Shown one piece after another: positions 13,301 through 58,166 of a DNA stretch of 64,000 nucleotides; within the stretch, counting starts at the first letter, position 1; the number at the start of each line of letters is the position of its first letter. The notes under the pieces are model-generated. The model had not been told where the DNA came from. It worked only from the letters and a program-made list of their open reading frames with translations, and did not search any database. The translations under genes and the position numbers were made by a program. The stretch is from Tubiluchus corallicola (Eukaryota > Animalia > Priapulida), in NCBI GenBank assembly GCA_030141605.1, contig JAQGDQ010000041.1, positions 744,001 to 808,000 of the forward strand, read 5' to 3'.

Positions 13301-16300
13301 TAAATACTTTTTAGTCTTTAATTATTTTATTGTAATTATAATATTATATGCACATATTTTTAGTCCTCACTTTCGGCGCTTGCCAGCTCAGGCAGTAGAA
13401 TGCAAGTCAGCTTATCCTTTAGCTCCGGTTACTGGTGAAGATTGGTCTGAGGAAATAATTGACGCATTTGACGACTTAGTGTATTGCTCAAAGTGGAAAG
13501 TAATAATGCTAAGGATAATTTCGTTCCAAGATGGCATACCTTACGTAGATTTGATTGATACTCATGGAGAAAAGGTATTACTCTGTAATATATTATTTAA
13601 GTTCACATTAAATTCCACTAGAAAAAGTCAAAATTACAACATCCAGGAATGGCTTAAATTATTGGAATTTTATGTTATTTCTTCTGGATTTATTTTGTAC
13701 CTTGCACTCCACTTGCTACTGTGTTTATGACCTCTGACAACATTTTTAAGGTTCTGCTAATAATATGCAAAAATATAACGCTAGTAAGAATTTTTTCTGC
13801 TTGTAGATTATAAAAACTGCACCAAAATTACACAAAATTTGCCTTTTTGTCTAGCAGCGTTTTAATGATTTGCTGACACTCTCTGTGACCTTAGGAGAAG
13901 TGCAAAAGTGCAGTTTGCATATTGCTGTAAATAGAAAACCTCTGGGCACATTCTATATCTGCCAATCTGATTTTGGCAGTTAAGCATTCCTTCTTATAGT
14001 GTTTTTTGCCCAAACAAGGCCGGTGGCCATTCGATGCATGAGGCTACAAATTGTTTTCTAGTTTTTCTAATTGTATGGTAACTTTATTGTTTTATTCTGG
14101 TGTTATGTTTTCCTGTAGGATGTGAAGATATTCGAGCAAATGGTTTCGGCTGGTCTTGCCAAGTGGTCTACCGATTCAGCAGCTGTTCTCACTACAAAGG
14201 TACCATTGTGCAAAAGTGATTCTTGAAGGCTTAATTTTAAAAAAAAAATAAAATTGACTGATTGCCGTGAGCTTTAGTCAGTGAAACATTTTTATAGATT
14301 GTGTTAGTGAAATTGTTTTACAAAATTGTGTTAATGGAAATGTTTTAAAATAACAATTTAGCCCCAGAAGTCAATAAGAGGCAAATATTTGAATGTTTTC
14401 AAAAGCATCTTGTGCAGAAGTATTTTCTTGTTTGACAGAATTTGAATCTTCACAGACTTAATATTCTATGAAGCTATTTTTATGACCACATCATTATTGT
14501 GTCTTTAACTATTTTTTTCACATTTGAAACTTTTTGATACTCTATGCTCAAATTGCCGGTTTGCAGTTTTCATTATTTTTTTTCTTTTGATTTGGTTTAT
14601 GTAGGTGTCTAACGGAGACATGCTAGATTCGGGGGATTGGAACAGGACAGTTGATTTGGTTTCTGATACAAGTGTTGCGGATGACATCAAAGCTACTGTA
14701 GCTGATCAATCACTTAACTTTTCTACTGTTGATCACACAGGTTCTAATAAGCAACTGTCTGTTTTGTGTTATCACTGAACATTTTTCTGCTGTCATGATG
14801 CTTTGTTGTACCCCCCATACATTTTGTTTTCCACCTCTCTGGGCTATAATAGTTATGGAGTTGTATCATATCAACTCACACTATGTGTGATTTAATATCA
14901 TGCATTTGTATTCTTATGTTGCTGTAGGAGATAAAATTCCTTACTAAATTTGTTTAGACCCTTTTTGACTTTTCCGAGTTAAATCCTTGTTAAATTATAC
15001 ACGTATTTACGCTATTTGTTGTTCAAGTTCTTGTCAGCAGCTAGCAGCAGTTAATAATACATTTGTGCAAGATATTTTAGTATCAAATAAAAAAATTAAA
15101 TATTGTATTAGATTTTAAAGAGTTAGTTGTTCTAAACAAATAAAGACATTTAAAACTATAGTGTGATGGCAGGCAATAACTCTGTGAGATTTTGTTTTTT
15201 TAAAAGATGCTCATTCTTCTGTTCTCAGATACTCCGAAAGGTGGCGGGTCCGCAAATAGTGACAGCAGTCCTCAACAAGCCAGTTTTGGTGATTGTAGTT
15301 TACTTCAGAGTACAGGTGTGACATTTTTAGAAATCATTATTAGTGCCTGTTTTATGTAGTTTGGTATTTTGCTGGCCAGGTGGTTATAGTTTGACTAGAA
15401 TATAGCTAATTACTGATGATAAGGATTCACCGTGAGACATCGAATTGGCGAGGTTGTGTTAGTCGTAATCTTCAGATTTGTATTGCAAATGCCCTTGCCC
15501 ATTAATGGGAAAGGGAAGGGGGATTATGACTGATGAAGTCATCCAGAAGCAGTTTTCATGGTGGTCACTTATGTATTTACTGACTAGATTTGACTGCTTA
15601 ACTTTGATCACTAAGTACACAGTGTGATCGTTCAGTTATAAGGCCAGCAGTCTTAAAAAATGTGAGGTGTCATTACTTATGATTGTTTTTTGGAGGATGT
15701 TAGCATCATTACAAGTATGTTCACTGGTGAGTGGAGGAGTACTTTTGTTATAACTTATAAGCAATAGAGTAAATGTGTTTGGGAAATACAGATGATGCTT
15801 CCAATCTCATGCTTGATGTAAACAGAAAACTATTGTTGGTAAACAATGAGCAAATGACAAAATGCAATTCCTAGGGTATAGGGAAAAGGCATAGCTTGCA
15901 AAATGTGGTAGCAATAATTTATTGTGTAAATGCACATTTTTAGATATAATGCCTTCTAATTATTGCACTAAGAAACCCAATTTTTTACTCATTTACTGTG
16001 GTTATTCGTAAATCAAAATGCACAAAATTTGTTAATTCTTCTAGAGTATTTGTTAGAATTAAAGAGAAAATTTGGCAATTTTAAATCCCTAACTTATAGG
16101 TATTGAGGCTGGGAAGATGGAACCTGATTCCAGTACCACAGAACCAAGCATTGACTTGGGCAGTTTTGGGAACTCTTTCCTCTCTGAGTCTGAGCATGAC
16201 AACGATAGTATCAAAGTACGTAGTTTGCACAAGTTCTTGTGCCTGCTTCTTTTGCTTATGTGCAGTTTACTTGTTTATTAACAAGGTAACAGGGAAGTTT

Positions 16301-17694
16301 TAGAATGCAATATACATAGGTTTGCTGTAACAGTGACAAAACGGCACCTCTAGCTATTTCCCTTCTGGGCTCCTAAAATCTTAAAGTTTATAAATGTTGC
16401 CTATTTTGTATTTATCGCAGGTACGGAATCATTAGTGTTTTATTGCAAAAAATTCACTAGTTCCAATTCTTTAGTTCTGCAAAAAGTTTACAAATCATGA
16501 TTTTCCTTCTTTTTTGCAAAAAGTCAATTAAAGAAGCAAATGAACAACTTAGCCTGATGAACTGATAAACTCCTGTCAGTTTGAAGCCACTTACTTGAAA
16601 AATACATGAAAACTCAATAACAGAATGGGGCTGTTTTTAATGTTAAAAATGCACATGTTCAACAAAAAAATACGATAATGCCTTCATATTCACAGGAGTG
16701 ATACAACCAGCACTTTTTCAACACACACTTTCTCGCAGTATGTAAACCACACTAAAGTACTGGCATAAAATTGTTCTGCAACAATGCCTGTCATACACTT
16801 GTCTGGCATTAAGCATTTCATCTCGTTTGACAAGCAAGTTAAACATACATTTATGATGAAGGCTGAGACATTTCACAATTGTCCAAAATGCAACCTTGGA
16901 AAAAAACTGCAAGATTTTTGTGAAAGGTAAGGTTGGATATTCGTTTCATGTTGAATGTCTAACATTGGACAAGTTTGAAGTAGGCTTAGCATTCCATGAA
17001 AAGTGTTCTTTACTCTGAACTGGTGTTTAGGAAAATTGTAAACTCGGATTACGCAGTGCCCATACAGATGATCACAATGTGAAAATAATCTGAGGGAATG
17101 ATGGTGAAGCAGTGTCATTTCTGTATGGATCATTCGCAATTGTATATCGTCGATATAATTGTAAGTCATTACTGTTGTAGTTGAACATTTGTCTTGGTAT
17201 TTTACTAGGTTTTAGGTTCAAATGCTAGTCTCACAGATGCCTCCAGTTTTGCTTTTGAAAGCGGGACTCGCGATAACAGTGTTGTCGAACTGGAAAGCCT
17301 ACCTGCAGACCGTAATACTTACGAGAGTATGCTGAGCAGTACAAAATTCCATCCAGATGTTACTCAGGTCATAAAAGACTTTGACAGTGCCGATGCTGCA
17401 ATGCAAGTGCATTCATCAAATCTAGGTGAATTGCCTTCTGGGATTGAGGACATAAGTATTGTTGCTGGAACTAATGGAACGCCAGCTGGTCCTACATACC
17501 AAGCAAAAGAGTTCCCATCTGGCATTCAGGATATTAGCATGATTCCTGGTAACACCGGTACGCGACTTGTGACATCATTGGGAGACGCCAGCATGACGTC
17601 AAATGCTGACAAATCGGAACTAGATGTTCTAGAAGTTAATCAGTTTTCCTCAGTGCTTGATCAAGTGTCAAATGATAATACTGTAGAAGAATAA
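4273..17694 (+). CDS. TDRKH: Tudor and KH domain-containing protein (TDRKH/Tdrd2/Papi), 14 coding exons, ~761 aa
   Basis: Exons 4273-4366, 4653-4768, 5887-6091, 7281-7429, 9010-9120, 9496-9598, 9760-9977, 12275-12447, 13364-13574, 14119-14199, 14605-14740, 15229-15315, 16100-16215, 17209-17694. All introns are GT-AG with consistent phases; total 2286 nt. N-terminal anchor LSTWQKIVLGAGLPVTGILLYLLFRK, two KH domains (IIGRDG, LIGKNG), extended Tudor (EVYISAVATPNHFWVQ, WYRG, YYIDFGD, LPAQAVEC). Confidence 0.93.
4653..4768 (+). CDS. TDRKH: TDRKH exon 2 (KH1 N-half)
   Basis: DADELEDKVVTSKQTVLEIKVPHAAVGAIIGRDGANIKQ; donor CAG|gtattt. Confidence 0.9.
5887..6091 (+). CDS. TDRKH: TDRKH exon 3 (KH1 C-half, KH2 start)
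   Basis: IQEKTKARVKF...RTITIRGTAEAAHKAEQMI...EEMFVPQKVLGRLI. Confidence 0.9.
6340..6905. mobile_element. Fragment of a related interspersed repeat
   Basis: TAGCTTGTAGCATATCAAGTGAAAGG at 6741 matches 8321; (ATT)n start; ggtcaaaggtca motifs. Confidence 0.4.
7281..7429 (+). CDS. TDRKH: TDRKH exon 4 (KH2)
   Basis: GKNGDNIRHMCRVSSARIEVERS...KKLVMIKGTADQIEYAK; acceptor tttcacag, donor gtaaat. Confidence 0.92.
7488..8646. mobile_element. Non-autonomous interspersed repeat with HINE/DINE-1-like layout
   Basis: Short inverted ends (attctgcaa/ttgcagaat), (ATT)n after the 5' end, internal 120-bp-period direct repeat (8424/8544), and a 26-nt motif shared with 6741-6766. Confidence 0.45.
9010..9120 (+). 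CDS. TDRKH: TDRKH exon 5
   Basis: GLIQEVLVAEDDYRKRIQVSIQSRKSRQ..., the helix that follows KH2; donor AAG|gtaagc. Confidence 0.87.
9496..9598 (+). CDS. TDRKH: TDRKH exon 6 (linker)
   Basis: Open frame PSRLVAEKMGPPGFAQDSSH...; phase 0 to 1, which is required to join exons 5 and 7. Confidence 0.75.
9760..9977 (+). CDS. TDRKH: TDRKH exon 7 (extended Tudor N-part)
   Basis: DDYLEVYISAVATPNHFWVQQVGNNSLALDNLISDMTEYY; donor gtaagt. Confidence 0.92.
12102..12200 (+). mobile_element. Tc1/mariner (maT-like) transposase relic plus probable right TIR
   Basis: PEFIHQDEWTPESPYFNPLDY is a decayed WPPxSPDLNPLDY motif; followed by ttttgggccacctg..TA. Confidence 0.6.
12275..12447 (+). CDS. TDRKH: TDRKH exon 8 (Tudor core)
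   Basis: GQLVASMFTYDNMWYRGVVEELTGDMVSVYYIDFGDCHKVAKVHLRSL. Confidence 0.93.
12546..12911. mobile_element. MITE, Tc1/mariner-type
   Basis: TIRs CGTGTCCACCAAATTT / AAATTTGGTGGACACG; TA on the right, CA on the left. Confidence 0.78.
13364..13574 (+). CDS. TDRKH: TDRKH exon 9 (extended Tudor C-part)
   Basis: FRRLPAQAVECKSAYPLAPVTGEDWSEEIIDAFDDLVYCSKWKVIM...PYVDLIDT. Confidence 0.92.
14119..14199 (+). CDS. TDRKH: TDRKH exon 10
   Basis: DVKIFEQMVSAGLAKW, the terminal helix of the extended Tudor fold. Confidence 0.87.
14605..14740 (+). CDS. TDRKH: TDRKH exon 11 (acidic tail)
   Basis: Strong polypyrimidine acceptor, open frame VSNGDMLDSGDWN...; weak donor G|gttcta. Confidence 0.7.
15229..15315 (+). 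CDS. TDRKH: TDRKH exon 12 (tail)
   Basis: DTPKGGGSANSDSSPQQASFGDCSLLQST; phase 1-1. Confidence 0.62.
15550..15647 (-). pseudogene. Degenerate 5S rRNA-derived sequence (SINE3-like head or 5S pseudogene)
   Basis: Colinear with reverse-complement 5S: gtggtcac...tactgac...ctgcttaactt..gatc...gttcag...aggcc. Confidence 0.5.
16100..16215 (+). CDS. TDRKH: TDRKH exon 13 (tail)
   Basis: GIEAGKMEPDSSTTEPSIDLGSFGNSFLSESEHDNDSIK; phase 1-0. Confidence 0.68.
17209..17694 (+). CDS. TDRKH: TDRKH terminal exon 14
   Basis: Acceptor tttactag at 17208 is in frame with track ORF 17329-17694; ends NDNTVEE*. Confidence 0.72.
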   Translation, partial: VLGSNASLTDASSFAFESGTRDNSVVELESLPADRNTYESMLSSTKFHPDVTQVIKDFDSADAAMQVHSSNLGELPSGIEDISIVAGTNGTPAGPTYQAKEFPSGIQDISMIPGNTGTRLVTSLGDASMTSNADKSELDVLEVNQFSSVLDQVSNDNTVEE

Positions 17695-18418
17695 GATTAT
17701 GTGCTTGGAGTAGCTGTTTTGGCAGCATCATTACTATACATATCTAGTATAATTCAGTCTTTTGATTTATACTGCATTTCTGCATATCAGAAAAACACTT
17801 TCCTCAATAATTTTGATGTGCCATTTAATTTTTAACCATGAGTTTGTTCTTTGATTGTGCTATTTTGGCTTAAAAGATAATTCAAGACAGTTAATTTTTC
17901 AAACTATTATAAATATAAAAATGTATTAAAAAACGTTTGTGCAGTCTTGAGAGCAGAACAACTTTCTGTATAGAATTGTGCTAGAGCAAGGCTTAAGACA
18001 GTTACGCATGCATTATTTTAATCAGGATAATTCCTAACAATGATTGAGGTACCCTGAACTATTTGATTGATAGTTCATAATCATAATGTTATCATTCAAT
18101 ACCCTTGTAGAACTGCTGACAAGGAATTTGCCAAGTCACAGTGCGAGTTTCATATTCTTTCATATCAGAGCATGACTTCGTGTCGGCCATACACTAGACT
18201 TTTATTCAACAAAAATGTTCTGCTACGGTTTGGTCAACTTTTATCTCCTAACATTAGTATGTATCCATGGTAACATGGTCAGTTTTTGTTACAACCTTTC
18301 TTAGTTTAATGCTCTCATCTACATGCCAACATTCTGAGTGATTTGTTATCTAAGTTTTAATAATTTTTGGTATTTACATCAATTTATTTATTATTTCTAC
18401 ACCTCATATGCAAGAAAT

Positions 18419-18424
18419 AATAAA
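18419..18424 (+). terminator. Candidate poly(A) signal for TDRKH
   Basis: AATAAA where + strand composition flips from T-rich to A-rich. Confidence 0.4.
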
Positions 18425-21400
18425 TAGATAACATTGTAGCAAGCATTTTTCCCACACTAGCTTATTTTGCTAGCGATGCCACGAACTGCACTGCTTGACA
18501 TCACTCTACAACAGAAAAATAATGAATCAAATAGCACCGGTATTTAATATTCATTAAAAAATTTCACTTCGAAATTGTTTGGTGCACAGTCTACTTAGCA
18601 TAGTTTTTGGCATTTTATCTCCATTTTGGTTGCTCTTAAAAGTGGAACAAATTATTTCTCAGTAATCAAAATTTGTACATGTAATGTATAAGCATAAAAG
18701 CATGTTAACTACTGACAATTATAATGAAATGCAAGTTTCATCACCACCGGATGTGATTATCAACCAGGAGTGATAAACTTAAAACAAAAGAATAGCAAAG
18801 CTTAATCGATGAAGAGAGCCATGTTCATTCAACTCGATGTGTGTTGGTAATAAATATTAATATCAAATTTTCATGACGCAAACCAACAAACAGATATCCT
18901 CATACATACTTCTGAAGACAATTTAATGTACTAAGAAGGACGAAACTACGCAACTCATTGAAGTGCACGAAAAACAAAAACTTGCAAGTTATAATTAATA
19001 TCCAATAAAAATTTATTTCATTCATTTGCTACCTTAAATTACAGCATTAATTGGCTAGTTTCATGAGATTACAAGCAGGTTGTTGTTTAATCACTGGCTG
19101 TCGACCAGCTAGCTAAGTTACTAAGTACAAGTACTATGCAGTAACATTAACTTCAACTGTGGTAAAATTGCAAACCAAATTAAATGCTGATGAATAATAA
19201 AAAACAGAAGCTCTGTGTCCGTGTTAAAAACTTCAAGCTTTAACTTCAGTACATATAAAACATGAAGGTTAAGCGTGCATGGTAGTTAAGATCTATGATA
19301 TACAAACATGAATATTTATTATCAGTTCTGCACAGAGACACATGAAAGTAAAAGACTTGGCACACATTACGCCAAGTCGGAGGCAGGTTCCTGCCTCAAA
19401 TGTTAACAAAATGTCGAGACACACAAATTCAGGTACAAAAAGCTACGACACACCATTAAAATATTTACCACATGACTTGCTGCCATTGTTAGTTACTAGT
19501 CGCATGGTCCATTACTATGAAACAACACGAATAAAAGCTTGTAATTTAAGACTCATCGACAACCGTAATAATACAATAACAATAATTTGATATCTAATGA
19601 TACCGATACATTATAAGCCGTATCAGCTGTTTGTTAGGAATGCAAGCAGCAGCAAGACATGCACTAGATCACATGTATGAACAAACAGGATAATCGTTTC
19701 AGTGCTGCAAATGTTACAAAGACGTTAAGTATGATTGCAAACAGAAACTCTGTGAATGGTTCACCTGGTAAAAAACACTATGTAACTGTAGTACATTTAC
19801 AATATAATACTGCTTTAGTCAATGCATTGTACACAGTACAACAGCAAAGACCAACATTGTTAAATTTGATCTTACAGCCTTAGCAAAACATTTATAAAAG
19901 CTGCAGAAAAATTGGTACCGTCAAGCAAAGCCAAATGCTAGAGCACACAGAAAGCATGCATGAAACCCTGACAACGGCAATGTTGACTTTAAAGACGGGT
20001 TGATATAAAACACTTTTGATTATAGAAAAGTACGAAAAGTTATGTTGGACAGACTGCCAGCACAGTGATGAATATATAGTGCAATGCTTGTGTTAAATTC
20101 TAGAGTAGGGATATACTACAGTTACATTTCTGTGACCAATATAAATCTAGTCCACCAAAACAGCAGCACCTTTTTGCTAATAAGAGACTAACTGATAGCT
20201 GATTTAACATGGCAAGTTGTCAAGAGGGAAAACAATGAACACTCAATGCAGCATTTATATCATGAACACATTACATAATTATTATTACACACGGATTTGC
20301 TGTGCATTCATAGTCATTATGAATAATAATAACACTATAACTTAGCAATTTCATTCTCAATTTTGATTAACAAAAGCCTTAACCCAGCAGGTCACCAGAA
20401 AAAATTGATCATCATACACATTAGACCACAATTTTCTTTCAGATTTCCAACACTATGACTGTCATAGTGAAACTTGAACAAGCATTGTTTGGTTTTACAC
20501 TTTTAAAAAGTGGTGGGCAAACACTATTACTGAAAGAGAACTAATGTTGTGATTCCTAATGGCATACTGGGCAGAGACGTACAAGAATCCTATTACTGAC
20601 AATTACATACCATCCACACATAACTAATATTAATTGAAAACAACCACTGACCCAACGCACAGGAATATTAAAATTTTACAATACACTTGCTAGCAATGCA
20701 TATTTTTAAAGAAACCAACAACTTCACATAATAAAAGTTCGCAAGTATATAAAAATGGATCGGGCAGCGGATTTTATTTTTAAAAGCATTTTCACGGTAA
20801 AACAACAGACCGGCGTGGTCTACAGCAACCATCAAAGTTGTTACATCCAGGACAGTTGCTATAGCATGCAGAGCAGGCTGATAACTACATACAGTACACA
20901 AGCCAAGCAATGTTGCAGCTTGAGAAAAATGGTTTGTAATGTGTAAATGCATCAAGTTTGGCCTTGTGGGACATCATGTACTACATTATAACACTCGAAA
21001 TAACTAACATAGTTTCGAAGCACATGTACAGTCTGATTCAAATAATTTTGGTAGTTTCATCTTGTTAATAAAATAATTAGAATTGACGTATTTTATCGTA
21101 AGAATTGAAATGACAACAGTTTTTCCATCAGTGTTTCATTTATTTCTCTCGGGTGATAACTGTCATTTCCAAAAAGCCGAGTAATAATAATAAAATTTAC
21201 AACTTTGTTATACACATTTTCAGTACAGTGTACCGAATACTTGGATGAAATGTAATTAGCTCATACATACTGAATAAGATACTCAAATAAATATAATTTA
21301 CAAGGTTTAACGGTAGTAAGTTAACAATAATGTGTGATATTTCATCGACAACTGTACGAGTTTGCTAGCATACCGAGACATAAGATAAGATTTGCCTGGG

Positions 21401-22555
21401 AATGTGTACGTTCAAATACCTAATTTCTTTCTTTGAAACTAGTTCTGTCTGCCATTCTTTCAAACAGCACTCTACTAGAATACGTAATAAATTGTACAAA
21501 CACGGGCAATAGTAACTACTGTTCAACCATCTTGTCTACACACAATTTATAACAACTATAACACAAAGGCTCACTTGTAACAGACCCTATTCACATTCCA
21601 CATTTTACTGACAACTTGACATTCTGCAAAATAAGCCTGAAATACTGTTATATTGTAAGTAACCCATACAGGAATGAGGTGGATATATTACACACAGATG
21701 GGCTTATCTAAAATCCATTGCAAATGAAACGGCACTATCAGCCAACAAAGGACAATACTGCACAATGAATATCTGTATATAAAAGGCATGCAAAGTCTCA
21801 TATATTCCATTAACAATAATTTCGACTAAATTCGTTCATTCATCACAATTTACGCTGCAATAAATTAACTAATTTAGTCATTCACATTATTTAATCATTA
21901 ATCACTTTATACATTTGAAAATATTTACTGCAATATTAAAGCTTAAAATTTTCAAAATTATCAAAAAGGCCAGGTTAGTTGTAAATATAAAGACATACTG
22001 ACAACAAGACAAGCAGACTATGTTAGCGATCGATGAACATTCATATGTTCAACAGAACACAATACAATATCATATTTACAGGATCGTCATGACTAGACAC
22101 ACAGATGCATGCCGGGTCATATAAAAGAATCATCTACATACGACCCAGCAAAGATACTGCAAGGTGCCACCATGCTGCACGTTTCTGTGTGTACTCCATG
22201 TAAATGAAGGCAATACCATGCACCAGCCCGACCAGTAGAGGTACAAGGAGCATAACCCGTAGGTTTTATTAATATTATTGCACAAAAAGTAAATAGTTAA
22301 ACATAGTAACCTCTACCAACCCTGCTGATACCGATATTTTTTGCCCATAAATTGGAATTGCCTGGTTTGATGAGTTATAGTACAAACTATTGTCCACAAC
22401 TCGCAGCATTCAGATATCAACACTTATACATACTGTACATATAAAACTTGACTTGACCTTGAGTTATAGACCTGGCCAATGTTCAAGGACACTTGACATC
22501 AAACCATTGCCATGACGACCGGCTATACACAACTTGGTCGTCACAGACTGCACTA

Positions 22556-55939
<33,384 letters not shown>

Positions 55940-56099
55940 ATTTAATATGGTCAGGCAAAACAGTCCAACGTTTAGCCACTGTTTTACCCTTCCTCTTCCA
56001 CTCCACTGTCGTAGTGGTTGACTATCGATATACACAATACATTAACAATTTTATGAATGTCCCATTTGTGCTAAATCCAGGTATCCCGATGAAATTTTG

Positions 56100-56300
56100 G
56101 CTCCTGAAACCTGACTAACTGTCGCACTTAACTTTACTTCCAGGCTGGGTGTGGTAAGAGCGAGTGTAGTAAGAAAACGATAACCGCGTAGAAATTTTTA
56201 ACTGGGCATGCGCATTGGCACATTATGAGTATAAGGTCCAAAAAATTTTGAAAAACAAAAATCACGGCGAAATAAAAAAGGGAAGACGCGTATAATAGGC
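56100..56300 (-). promoter_or_regulatory. Probable GNAQ core promoter
   Basis: CpG-richer patch upstream of exon 1, NRF1-like GCATGCGCA near 56206, ETS-like ACTTCC near 56136. Confidence 0.4.
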
Positions 56301-57071
56301 CTACCCAAGTAATTTAGTTAATTATAATGAATTATAATGCATTGTTAATCAATGTGAGATTCCCAAGCAATGAAAGCTGCAATTAAAATTTTGGTTTTCT
56401 TATACATTTGTCAAGTCGATTTTGCAATTGATGTTATTTCTGTAACGAAACAAAATTTAATGTTATATACAGTTTTAAGGTCAGCATAAAGTTCCCAACT
56501 TCCTATGTAGAAAGGTTTCAGCCCGCTCGAACAGACATCAACACAATATAATTATTATGTAGCAAAATAATAATCAGTTCAGGTCTATTTTATGTATTGT
56601 ATATCATCGTTATTCGAGGGCTGTTTATATGTTCTCACTAAATTTTAGGAAGTTTTTAACGTGAAATGTTTGTGGCGTGGCTTTATTGCACTGTATAGTG
56701 GAAAATAGAATCATTGTTAAAGTAGTAAAAAATCGGGTAATCCACCCAAACCCCCGTTAGCATTCATAATTTGCAGTATTATGCTTAATTTTACGCGATT
56801 TTTTTTCCTAGTGGTTAATGCACAAACCACAAGGGTAGTTTGAATTATCGTATTGGTAATTGTGTGATTTTTCATTAATTGTACAGCATTAAGAATTAAT
56901 TTGAGTTATTATCACCATTTTAACTAGCAAAAAATAATAACAATTTCCTCAAACAATTAACCTCTTAGCTACCCTTGTAAAAGAGACCCACATCATCGTG
57001 TAGCTCGGTTTTTCCTCTTACCAAAGGATATTTCTGCGTAGGACCTCCTGGTAATGGACAAAGACGAAAAT

Positions 57072-57186
<115 letters not shown>

Positions 57187-58150
57187 CGTACGTGGAGACC
57201 TCGATCCCGAACACTCTTATTTCAGCGAAACAGTAACCGCTTGCAAACAAAACTACTCTTTAGGCTTAGGCTTAGCACACATAAAAATAACATAGATTAA
57301 ACTGTTAAACAATATTATGTTATAACGAATTGAATATTTGTACATTTAAGAACTGCATACTTGGTGAATACGTACAAATAATGTAACGGAAGACAATTCA
57401 GCGTTTCTTTATTTATTTAAAAGTAATCTAATCAGCGGAGGAGTCTGAGCTAACGGTCGTAGTAGGTGCGTGGGCGGCAATGAAGAAGCCAAATAAAATG
57501 TTATATGATTATGTTCAGTCAGCATAAAGAGATATCAATGCGAAAATTGGACTTGACGAGAGCAGAACTGTAGTTTGGTAGCGCGAACTAATGGTTGTTG
57601 CTCTATCTAATACGTGTAAACTGGCATAATTAGGGCAGTAGAGAAAGAATGTATTTGTAAATGAATTATGGTGCGGTTGTAAAAAGCCGCTTTTTTGCCC
57701 ACTTGTTCGCCCTATTAATTTACACTTCTGCTCTGCCTGGCATGGGCTGAAAAAGTACAGAAATGCATTGTGGTTATAAGCACGTGGAAGACTGAATTGA
57801 TTACAGTGCAACCACCGGACTCGGATTCATCAGCCCAAAAACTCAATTCCAGCGGCGCCAATAATTTAGGTTGCGTATCAACCAACCCTTATTGACGACT
57901 GTTACTATATAGGTCCATTAAGTTTTTGTAAACGGTAGTTGTTGTAACTTCAAATAGGTCATAAATATCTTATTTTCATTAACAGATGAATACTAAAATG
58001 GCGCATTGGTGTCTTAGACACGCCACCAATATGCATAGCGTTATTATAGTATCGATCTTGAGGCTGATCAATACCACGTCGGACAGACGAGGTCTAGTAG
58101 CAGAGAAGCCGCGCTGAAAGCGGTGTCACGTATATCAGTAATTAAGCCTG

Positions 58151-58166
58151 TGGCGCCACCTAGCAC
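58151..58166. promoter_or_regulatory. CTCF-like motif
   Basis: TGGCGCCACCTAGC matches the core of the consensus GCGCCACCTAGTGG. Confidence 0.4.

Noticed and set aside
16553-16590. Possible hammerhead ribozyme (CTGATGA plus a 7-bp stem)
   Set aside because: Followed by TTGAAG rather than GAAA, and stems I and III are not evident; at best a dead relic
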